Source of the DNA: Actinomycetota bacterium | GTDB taxonomy: Bacteria > Actinomycetota > UBA4738 > HRBIN12 | DNA length: 50,420 nucleotides | Reading direction: 5' to 3' | Assembly (NCBI GenBank): GCA_046728055.1 | Contig: JBKPDU010000018.1 | Location: forward strand, 1-50,420 | Shown here: piece by piece, positions 35,116 through 45,300 of the stretch | Layout of the letters: each line of letters opens with the position of its first letter | Position numbering within the stretch: position 1 is the first letter of the stretch | Program-made: the position numbers and the translations under genes | Notes under the pieces: model-generated | The model's database searches: none | Told to the model about the DNA's origin: nothing | What the model saw: only the letters and a program-made list of their open reading frames with translations

Positions 35116-35142
35116 CTAGCACTCTACCTTCTGGAGTGCTAA
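35116..35142. promoter_or_regulatory. CIRCE element (HrcA operator)
   Basis: CTAGCACTC-N9-GAGTGCTAA compared with consensus TTAGCACTC-N9-GAGTGCTAA. It lies 75-101 nt upstream of the groEL ATG. Confidence 0.85.
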
Positions 35143-35145
35143 CGC

Positions 35146-35176
35146 ATTGTAGCGACTGGAACGGGGGTGGTGGCAA
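35146..35176 (-). promoter_or_regulatory. Putative groEL promoter (-10 TACAAT, possible -35 TTGCCA)
   Basis: On the minus strand: TTGCCA, a 19-nt spacer, TACAAT, then 3 nt to CIRCE. The -35 spacing is long, so only the -10 is convincing. Confidence 0.45.
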
Positions 35177-35227
35177 GGGGGAAGGCCCACGAGCATCGAC
35201 CCCGAACGAGTTCGGCCGCCGGGCTCC

Positions 35228-37192
<1,965 letters not shown>

Positions 37193-37263
37193 GTCCTCTC
37201 GACCCCCTCGAGGCCCGTCGGTACCCGAATCGTATGCGGGACGGGCGGAGTCCGGCGACCTCG

Positions 37264-37317
37264 ATCCGTGCCCGCCAGGTACTTGCATCCGTGCCTGGGA
37301 AAGGGCAGCATCGTGCC
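37264..37317. repeat. Three direct repeats ATC(C)GTGCC at 23-bp spacing in the acs/DUF5679-like divergent region
   Basis: ATCCGTGCC at 37264 and 37287, and ATCGTGCC at 37310. Each end of the array is about 72 nt from the nearer flanking start codon (acs 37192; small ORF 37389). Confidence 0.4.
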
Positions 37318-37349
37318 TGCGAGGCCGCCGGTAGGGCGGCCTCGCAGGC
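37315..37349. other. Perfect 15-bp stem / 5-nt loop hairpin in the intergenic region
   Basis: GCCTGCGAGGCCGCC-ggtag-GGCGGCCTCGCAGGC. It lies 40 nt upstream of the GTG at 37389. Confidence 0.5.
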
Positions 37350-37388
37350 TAGTCGGGCCCAGGTCGATCTGCCAGAAGGAGGCCAGGA

Positions 37389-37541
37389 GTGGCCAAGTAC
37401 GAGGCGTACTGCGTGAAGTGCCGGGCCAAGCGTGAGTTCGAGGGCACGGAAGTGACGCTCAAGAATGGGCGCCGGGCGGCGCAGGGCACCTGCCCGGTGT
37501 GCGGCACCAAGGTCATGCGGATCCTGGGGAAGGCCTCCTAG
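37389..37541 (+). CDS. Unlisted 50-aa zinc-ribbon protein (DUF5679-like)
   Basis: AAGGAGG lies 6 nt before GTG 37389. Translation is VAKYEAYCVKCRAKREFEGTEVTLKNGRRAAQGTCPVCGTKVMRILGKAS*. Two CxxC pairs and high GC3. Below the track cutoff. The family name is from memory. Confidence 0.7.
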   Translation: MAKYEAYCVKCRAKREFEGTEVTLKNGRRAAQGTCPVCGTKVMRILGKAS

Positions 37542-37587
37542 CAGGCGGAAACGACGGGGGAGGGATCCACGAGGGCCGGCGGTCGAG

Positions 37588-38061
37588 CTACGGCAGCCGG
37601 CTGAGCAGCTCGTCGGAGGAGAACACCGGGCGGGTGGGCGCCATCCGCCGGTGGCGGTCGGTCAGGTCGGCCACGGTGGTTTCCTCGAACACCGTCTGGA
37701 TGGCTCGGGCCACGTCGCCCCAGAATCCCTGGAGGCCGCACATCGAGTCCTGGAAGCACGTGTGATCCGTAGGCTCCAGGCAGAACATGGGGAACAGCTG
37801 GCCCTCGATCGCGTCGGCGATGTCGGCCACCCTGATCTGGGCGGGATCCTTGGCCAGGCGGCACCCGCCACCCGCCCCGCGGAAGCTCTCCACCAGCCCC
37901 GCCTTGTGCAGCGCGCCGAGCTGCTGCTCGAGGAACCGCAGGGGAACCTGCTGTGCCGTGGCGATCTCCCGAGCGGGGACCAGGCCGCCGTCCTCTCGGC
38001 GGAGCGCAAGCTCGATCATGGCCCGCATGGCGTATTCGAGCTTCTGGGAGATCTTGAGCAC
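37588..38061 (-). CDS. Rrf2-family transcriptional regulator with a three-Cys putative Fe-S site
   Basis: 157 aa: MLKISQKLEYAMRAMIELA.., wHTH, and a Cys cluster FCLEPTDHTCFQDSMCG. GTG start has AGGAG 6 nt upstream. Confidence 0.85.
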   Translation of the reverse strand: MLKISQKLEYAMRAMIELALRREDGGLVPAREIATAQQVPLRFLEQQLGALHKAGLVESFRGAGGGCRLAKDPAQIRVADIADAIEGQLFPMFCLEPTDHTCFQDSMCGLQGFWGDVARAIQTVFEETTVADLTDRHRRMAPTRPVFSSDELLSRLP

Positions 38062-38232
38062 GACCCACTCCTACCTGCTCTTTCGGCCAATGTAGGTTTC
38101 GGGTTTGGCACTGTCAACGCGTCCCCCCGACGCGACATCCGATGGAACTCCCCCACGCCGAATCGCGATTCGCCCGCTCGGGGTATGAAGAAACGCCTCT
38201 CCTGTGCCGAGAATCTGGTCGAGGAGGAACCC

Positions 38233-38661
38233 GTGCGGGTCCTGGTGATCGACGACGAGCCCGACATCCTGTTGCTGTGTCGGGTAAACCTGGGGTTCGC
38301 CGGCCATGAGGTGCTCGAAGCCCCGGATGGAGAACGGGGCATGGAGCTGGCGCTCCGCTCCCTTCCGGACCTGATCGTCCTGGACGTGATGCTGCCCGAG
38401 CTCGACGGCCTGTCGGTCCTTCGGATGCTGCGGAAGCGCCCCGAGACCTCCCAGACGCCGGTGATCCTCCTCACCGCCAGGGCCCAGCTCGCCGACCAGA
38501 CACGAGGATGGGAGGCGGGGTGTGCCGAGTACGTGACCAAACCCTTCTCGCCAACGGAGCTCACCAGCATCGTGGCCCGGGCTCGCGAGATGACCCCTCA
38601 GGATCGGCGGCGCCGACGGGATCAGGCCCTGGCCGATCTGGCTCGCGCGTCGAACTTCTGA
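38233..38661 (+). CDS. Stand-alone receiver-domain response regulator (CheY-like, no output domain)
   Basis: GAGGAGG lies 5 nt before GTG 38233 (VRVLVIDDEPDILLL..). Contains LDVMLPELDG, LLTAR and KPF, with a short Arg-rich tail. The alternative start is ATG 38185. Confidence 0.8.
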   Translation: MRVLVIDDEPDILLLCRVNLGFAGHEVLEAPDGERGMELALRSLPDLIVLDVMLPELDGLSVLRMLRKRPETSQTPVILLTARAQLADQTRGWEAGCAEYVTKPFSPTELTSIVARAREMTPQDRRRRRDQALADLARASNF

Positions 38662-38695
38662 GCCGGCGCGGGACCAGCCGCTAGACTGCGTTTTC

Positions 38696-39937
38696 ATGCT
38701 CCCCACGGTGCCGCTGGCGGACAAGCACGTCGACGAATATGCCGCTCCTGCCGGCGAGGAGGCGGTGGAACGCCTTCGCAAGGCGGCCAAGCCCTTCGCG
38801 GGGGCCAGCATGCTGCACGTCAATAGCACGGCGTATGGGGGCGGCGTGGCCGAGCTCCTCCAGTCGCAGCTCCCGTTGCTGAACGATCTGGGCATCCAGG
38901 TCACCTGGGCATTGGTTCAGGGATCCGATGACTACTACGTGGTCACCAAGAGCGTGCACAACGCGTTGCAGGGAGCCGAGGTCCCGTGGACCGAGGAGAT
39001 GCGGAGCGCCTACTGGGACAGGATCCGGGCCAACACAGAAGAGTTCACGGAACGCTACGACTACGTGTTCGTGCACGACCCCCAGCCAGCCGCCCTGCTC
39101 CCGTTGCTCGAGGAGCAGGGCATGCGCTCAGGGCGATGGATCTGGCGATGCCATATCGACCTGTCGACCCCGTTTCGTCCCGTCTGGGAGTTCTTCGAAC
39201 CGATCGTCAACCGCTACGACGCAGCGATCTTCACCATGGAGGACTTCGCCCAGCCCGGAGTGACCGATCCCATCCACGCATACATCCCCCCATCGATCGA
39301 CCCTTGTTCGACCAAGAACCTGGACCTACCCGACGACACCATCGCCCACCTGTTGCACACGTACGGGGTCGACCCCGACCGGCCGATCGTCGTGCAGGTC
39401 TCCCGGTTCGACCCGTGGAAGGACCCTCTCGGGGTGATCGACGCCTTCCGGCTGGCCCGAAAGTCGGTTCCCGACCTCCAGCTCATCCTGGCCGGATCCA
39501 TGGCACACGACGATCCCGAGGGCATGCGGTTCCTCGACCTCACCGAGGAGCACCGAGCGGGCGATCCCGACATTCACCTCCTCACCAACGTTCACAACGT
39601 CGGGAACCTGGAGATCAATGCGTTCCAGCGAGCCTCGACGGTCGTGATCCAGAAGTCCATCCGCGAGGGGTTCGGCCTGGTGGTGGCGGAGGGCATGTGG
39701 AAGGACAAGCCGGTGATCGGGGGCAACGTCGGAGGGATCCGCCTGCAGATCACCGACGGGGAGACCGGCTTCCTCGTGGACTCGGTGGAGGGGTGCGCGG
39801 AGCGGATCGTCCAGTTGGTGGAGGACCCGGAGCTGCAACGGTCGATCGGTCGCGCGGCGCGGGAGTGCGTCCGCGATCAGTTCCTCACTTGTCGAGAGCT
39901 CGAGGACTACCTGGGGCTGATGACCTCGCTGCGATGA
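38696..39937 (+). CDS. treT: GT4 glycosyltransferase, TreT-like trehalose synthase
   Basis: 413 aa. HVNSTAYGGGVAELLQS, WRCHIDLS, VSRFDPWKDP and the GT4 C-terminal EGFGLVVAEGMWK. No obvious SD. The TreT assignment is from pattern memory. Confidence 0.6.
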   Translation: MLPTVPLADKHVDEYAAPAGEEAVERLRKAAKPFAGASMLHVNSTAYGGGVAELLQSQLPLLNDLGIQVTWALVQGSDDYYVVTKSVHNALQGAEVPWTEEMRSAYWDRIRANTEEFTERYDYVFVHDPQPAALLPLLEEQGMRSGRWIWRCHIDLSTPFRPVWEFFEPIVNRYDAAIFTMEDFAQPGVTDPIHAYIPPSIDPCSTKNLDLPDDTIAHLLHTYGVDPDRPIVVQVSRFDPWKDPLGVIDAFRLARKSVPDLQLILAGSMAHDDPEGMRFLDLTEEHRAGDPDIHLLTNVHNVGNLEINAFQRASTVVIQKSIREGFGLVVAEGMWKDKPVIGGNVGGIRLQITDGETGFLVDSVEGCAERIVQLVEDPELQRSIGRAARECVRDQFLTCRELEDYLGLMTSLR

Positions 39938-41421
39938 GCACGCTCGAGGCCCCGCTCATCGTGGCGTCCAACCGTGGGCCAGTGACGTTCGAGAGGGGCG
40001 ATACGGGCGAGCTGGTCCCTCGCCGAGGTTCGGGAGGGTTGGTGACCGCCTTGGTGGGAGCCCTCCAGGCCTCCCGAGGGCTGTGGGTGGCCGCCGCGAT
40101 GTCCGAAGGTGACCGGGAGGTCGTGGCCAGGGACGGCCGAGGGTTGGTGGATCTGGAGGCCTACGGGTCGCCCTATCGCGTTCGGTACCTTCACATTCCG
40201 CAGGCCACCTACGACGCGTACTACAACGACGTCTCGAACGGCATCCTGTGGTTCGTCCACCACTACCTGTGGGACACCGTTCGCTCACCGTCCTTCGATG
40301 ACGAGACCCTCCGGGCCTGGAGCGAGTACGTCGATGTGAACCGCACCTTCGCCCAGGCGCTGGCGGAGGAGGGCGACCAACAGCGGTCGCAGCCCGTATT
40401 CCTAGTCCAGGACTACCACCTCTCGCTGGTTCCCCGGTTCCTCCGGGAACTTCGGCCCGACGCGCTCATCGCGCACTTCTCGCACACCTCATTCGCCGGG
40501 GCGACGTACCTGCGGACCCTGCCGGGCGCGCTTCGGGAGGGGATCATCCGCGGGCTCCTCGGCGCCGACGTGCTGGGGTTCCACTCCCAGGCCTGGGCGG
40601 AGAACTTCATGATGTCCGCCCGCCCACTGCATGGGGTTCGAGTCGACCTGGCGAGGTCCAGGATCCTGGTCGAGGGGCGCGAAGTCCTGGTCCGGATCCA
40701 CCCCATCTCGATCGACGTCGGGCCGATGCGGGAGGTTGCCGCCAGCCCCGAGGTCCGAGCGCTCCGCCGAGACCTGAACCGGTGGCGAGGGAACACGCGA
40801 CTCATCGTCCGGGTCGACCGCTTCGAACTCACGAAGAACATCGCTCGAGGGTTTCGAGCCTTCGGCATGTTCCTCCGGCGGCACCCGGAGTGGCGAGAGC
40901 GCGTGCGGTTCCTGGCCATCCTCTCGCCGTCGCGAACCGAGGTGCCCGAGTATCGAGCCTATGCGGAGGAATGCCTGGCCGAGGCGGCCCTGGTCAACCG
41001 GGAGTTCGGCAACGAGCGATGGCAACCCATCGACGTTCGGGTCAAGGACGACTACCTCGGGGCGATCGCCGCCTACGGCCTGTACGACGTTCTTCTGGTC
41101 AACTCGATCTACGACGGCATGAACCTGGTCGCCATGGAGGGTCCGGTCCTGAACCGGCGCCACGGAATCCTCGTGTTGTCCAGGAACGCCGGAGCCTATT
41201 GGCGCCTGGGACGGTACGCGCTGGCGGTGAACCCGTTCGACGTCGGCGAGATGGCCGACATGATCGCCACCGCACTGGAGATGCCGGTGGACGAGCGGGC
41301 CCGTCGGGCTCGCGGCTTGTCCAGGCTGGTGCTTTCCAATCCGCCGCAGCGGTGGGTCGGGGCGCAGCTCGACGACCTGGAACGGGTTCGCCGGCGGAGA
41401 GTCGGCGTTCAGACCAGCTGA
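39934..41421 (+). CDS. otsA: Trehalose-6-phosphate synthase (GT20)
   Basis: ATG 39934 overlaps the treT TGA (ATGA). 495 aa with VASNRGP, GGLVTAL, VQDYHL, VDRFELTKN and DGMNLVAMEG. The first ~316 aa of track ORF 38986.. are an out-of-frame artefact. Confidence 0.85.
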   Translation: MSTLEAPLIVASNRGPVTFERGDTGELVPRRGSGGLVTALVGALQASRGLWVAAAMSEGDREVVARDGRGLVDLEAYGSPYRVRYLHIPQATYDAYYNDVSNGILWFVHHYLWDTVRSPSFDDETLRAWSEYVDVNRTFAQALAEEGDQQRSQPVFLVQDYHLSLVPRFLRELRPDALIAHFSHTSFAGATYLRTLPGALREGIIRGLLGADVLGFHSQAWAENFMMSARPLHGVRVDLARSRILVEGREVLVRIHPISIDVGPMREVAASPEVRALRRDLNRWRGNTRLIVRVDRFELTKNIARGFRAFGMFLRRHPEWRERVRFLAILSPSRTEVPEYRAYAEECLAEAALVNREFGNERWQPIDVRVKDDYLGAIAAYGLYDVLLVNSIYDGMNLVAMEGPVLNRRHGILVLSRNAGAYWRLGRYALAVNPFDVGEMADMIATALEMPVDERARRARGLSRLVLSNPPQRWVGAQLDDLERVRRRRVGVQTS

Positions 41422-41457
41422 CGGAGCAGCTCCGCCAACCTGCCCGGCCGGCGGAGG

Positions 41458-42003
41458 TTAGTCGGCTTGCGCGCTGGCGTAGTCGTCGCCGAGATAGACC
41501 GCGACTTGCACCCTCCTCTCAACGTTCGTCGCGGTTTCCGGCAGGCGGGAGATCTCCACGTCGATCCCGGAGAAGAAGTTCTCCGCCAGCGTCTCGGCCT
41601 CGATCCGGTCGCCGGCGACCCGGTAGTAGACCGTCGTCACGTCGACAGCGGACGGCGCGTCGGTGACCTGCGCGGGCACGTACCCGTAGTCCTTCTCGAG
41701 CGTTGCCGCGGTGTCCGCGGCGAGGCCCGTGACGCCGGCGCCGTTGAACACGCCGATTCGCACGCCCACGATCTGGGGGCTTGGCTTTTCCTTCGGCGAG
41801 GCCTTGGGGCTGGGGCTGGGCGAGGGCGACGAGTTCGCATCCCGGGGAGAAGGCGGCGCCGCGGTCCCACCCTGGGGAAAGGCCTGGTCGATCAACACGA
41901 TCCCTCCCACCACGAGGGCGACGATGAGGGCGAATCGAAGCGTGCTGGTGGCCAACGAGAAGTAGAAGCTCCTGTTGCTCGGGGGTTCGTGCCTGCCGGA
42001 CAT
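41458..42003 (-). CDS. LytR_C-domain membrane-anchored protein
   Basis: ATG 42003. Has a TM segment (FALIVALVVGGIVLI), a Pro/Ser-rich linker, then VRIGVFNGAGVTGLAADTAATL typical of LytR_C domains. Confidence 0.7.
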   Translation of the reverse strand: MSGRHEPPSNRSFYFSLATSTLRFALIVALVVGGIVLIDQAFPQGGTAAPPSPRDANSSPSPSPSPKASPKEKPSPQIVGVRIGVFNGAGVTGLAADTAATLEKDYGYVPAQVTDAPSAVDVTTVYYRVAGDRIEAETLAENFFSGIDVEISRLPETATNVERRVQVAVYLGDDYASAQAD

Positions 42004-42035
42004 CCTATCCCGTTCCTCTCGAGCCCGCGGGGCGC

Positions 42036-42314
42036 CTAGCGCTCGAAGCCGAGTTGGCGGGCGAACCGTTTGCGCCGCCGGCTCTCCCGCAGGCGACGGA
42101 GCCTGCGCACCAGCATAGGGTCGTACGCCAGGGCCTCGGGCCGGTCGATCGCCCGATTGAGAAGGTGGTGATAGCGAGCCAGGGAGATCCCGAATCGCTC
42201 GCGGATCTGGCGTTCCTTTGGGCCGGGCTGCTTCCACCACCCGCGCTCGAAGTCGAGCACTTGTCGCAGGCGCGATTCGAGCTCCGGGGCGGCCTCGGGG
42301 GGCGGGGCGCTCAC
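42036..42314 (-). CDS. DUF3263-domain protein
   Basis: 92 aa: LDFERGWWKQPGPKERQIRERFGISLARYHHLLNRAIDRPEALAYDPMLVRRLRR. Usually paired with a LytR_C gene in actinobacteria. Confidence 0.7.
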   Translation of the reverse strand: MSAPPPEAAPELESRLRQVLDFERGWWKQPGPKERQIRERFGISLARYHHLLNRAIDRPEALAYDPMLVRRLRRLRESRRRKRFARQLGFER

Positions 42315-42369
42315 GCCCGGAGGCTAACAAGCCCCGCCGACGGTTCAAGCACCCGGGCTTGGCCGGAAC

Positions 42370-45300
42370 TCAGGAAGCCAGGGCGCGGATCTTTCGGAGG
42401 GCGACGGTCACGGCAGCCAGGTCGTTCGCGTCCTCCAGGGCCATCCCCCGCATGAACCTGGACAGGCGGTCGAAGGCCTCGGACCGGTCGTCCAGGAACG
42501 CAGCCACCCCTTCCTCCACCGGGCGGCCGCCCGCCTCCTCCAGGACCTTCTCCGCGATCAGGCGGCGGATCAAGAGCAGATCGTCCTGGACGGACTGGAT
42601 GGCCCATCGATGCCACTTGCTGGGGGTCGGGAGCCCGGCCAGCCGGCCCTCGAGCCAGTCGATGAACAGCGACGCCCCGACGGCGAAGAACGCCCGGGCC
42701 ACCTCCGGAACGGACCTCCCGGTTCGCTCGGCCACCTCGATGACATTCGGCCCGTGCACCAGTCCCGCCTGGAAGGCGTGCCGTCGGGCCGTCTCCTCGG
42801 GGACCCCCTGGTCGACCAGCCGCCACGCGTAGCGCTCGCGCTCTTGACGCGATGACTCCGTGACCACGTCCGGCAGGGCCTCGGACAGCTCGCGGAACGG
42901 CTCGCGATGGGCCTCGATGGCCCGGCCGAGACGATCCGGCACGTTCGCCAGATACCAGCGCGAGGTGAGCTCCACCAGTCGATCTACCCCAACCAGAAGG
43001 TCGGCGAGGATGGACGGCTCGACGCGCCCCACGAGGGCTTCGATCGCCTCCCATCGCCCGACGGCGCCGGTCACGTCCCGCGCCACGCGGTAGGCCCGAA
43101 CAACATCGGCAGCCTCCGCACCGGTCTCGTTCGACAGCCGGGTGACGAACGTGATCCCTTGCGAGTTCACTACGTCGTTCGCAACGATCGTGGCGATGAG
43201 CTCGCGGCGCAGCGGGTGCTCCGGGAGCAGCTGTCCGAACCGCTCCACCACCTGGGGAGGGAAGTAGCCTCGGAGGTCCTGCTCGAGGTACCGCGAGTCC
43301 GGGAGGGTCGAGGCCAGCACCGCAGCCGCCAAGCTCTTCTTCGCGTAGGCCAGGAGCACGGCGAGCTCTGGTCGGGCCAGGCCGCGCCCGGTCCGCCGGC
43401 GCTCGCCCAGCTCGTCCGTGCCCGGGAGGGCCTCGAGCTCGCGGTCCAGGACCCCTTCGCGCTCCAGCGCCTGCATCAGATCCTCGAACGCCTCGGTCCG
43501 AGAGGTGGACTGGTCCACCTCCTGGGACAGGATCTGGGCCTGCAAGAAGTTGTCGTACAGCACGTGCCGCACCACGTCCTGCTCGACCAGTGGCAGCAGC
43601 TGGTTCCGTTCCCCGAGCGAGAGCTCGCCCCGTTGCATCGCCAGGCCCAGGAGGATCTTCAGGTTCACCTCGTGATCGGAGCAGTCCACGCCAGCCGAGT
43701 TGTCGATGAAGTCGGTGTTGATTCGGCCGCCGGCGAACGCGTACTCGATTCGGCCTCGCTGCGTGAATCCGAGGTTCCCGCCCTCGGCCACCACGCGGCA
43801 CCGCAGGTCCTTTCCATCGACGCGCACGTTGTCGTTCACCCGGTCGCCGACGTCCGCGCGGGTTTCGGTGGAGCCCTTCACGAATGTGCCGATCCCGCCG
43901 TTCCACAGCAGGTCCACGGGCGCCCGGAGGATGGCCTTGACCACCTCGTCCGGGGTCAGCGCCTCGCCGTCGACGCCGAGCGCCCCCCTGGCCTCCGGCG
44001 AGAAGGGGATCCGCTTCTGCGTCCGCGGCCACACTCCGCCTCCCTGCGAGATCTTCGACCGGTCGTAGTCGTCCCACGACGAGCCGGGGAGCTCGAACAG
44101 GCGCTTGCGCTCGGCGTACCCGGCGGCGGGGTTGGGATTGGGGTCGATGAAGACGTGGCGGTGGTCGAACGCCGCGACCATGCACAGCTGGTTCGACATC
44201 AACATCCCGTTGCCGAACACATCGCCCGACATGTCGCCGATGCCGACCACCGTGATCGGTTGGGTCTGCGGGTTCGTCCCCATCTCGCGGAAGTGGCGCT
44301 TGACCGACTCCCAGGCGCCGCGGGCGGTGATCCCGAGCTTCTTGTGGTCGTAGCCCGTCGACCCGCCGGAAGCGAACGCGTCCCCCAGCCAGAATCCGTA
44401 CTCCTCCGCCACCTGGTTCGCGATGTCCGACAAGGTCGCCGTTCCCTTGTCCGCCGCCACGACCAGGTACTGGTCCTCCTCGTCGTGGACCACCACGTCG
44501 GTGGGGTGCACGACCTTGCTGTCCACCAGGTTGTCGGTGAGGTCCAAGAGGCCGCGCATGAACCGGATGTACTGCCGGCGGACCTCCTCCCGAAGGGCCT
44601 CGGCGTCCTGGGGCACTCGCTTCAGGACGAACCCGCCCTTGGACCCAGTGGGCACGATCACTGCGTTCTTCACCATCTGTGCCTTCATCAGGCCCAAGAC
44701 CTCGGTCCGGAAGTCCTGTCGCCTGTCGGACCACCGGATGCCGCCGCGTGCCACCCGGCCACCACGGAGATGGATCGCCTCGACCTCCGTGGAGTACACC
44801 CAGATCTCGAACAGAGGCCTCGGCTTGGGGATCTCCGGCACCATGGCCGAGCGGAACTTGAAGGCGATCGACTCGGCGGCGGGCCGGTAGGCATTCGTCC
44901 GAACGGTCGCATCCACCAACCCCAGATGGTTGCGAAGGATCCGGTCCTGTTCGAGCGAGCGAACCGCGTCGAGATCCCCCAGGATCTCTGCCCGGAGCGC
45001 CTCCACGGCCTGCGGATCCTGGAGCCCGGCGGGATCGAACTTCAATTCGAACAGTCGAATGAGCTTGGCCCCGATGTGCGGGTAGGCCGCGAACGCATCG
45101 TTCTTGTACTCGGCCGTGAAGCCCGCATTCACCCGATGGTGGTATTTGCGGTAGGCCCGCAAAATCTCGACCTCTCGCCAGTTCAGCCCCCCGGTCACCA
45201 CCAGGCGGTTCAGCGAGTCCGACTCCGCCTCGCCCCGCCACACCGCCGAGATGGCCTGGGCGATCCGGGCTCCGGACTCGGCTACGTCGAGCGGCTGGCC

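Noticed and set aside
38986-39933. N-terminal 316 aa of the 811-aa ORF 38986..41421.
   Set aside because: This stretch is Arg/Pro/Gly-rich and overlaps treT out of frame. The recognisable OtsA sequence starts at ATG 39934, which overlaps the treT stop.
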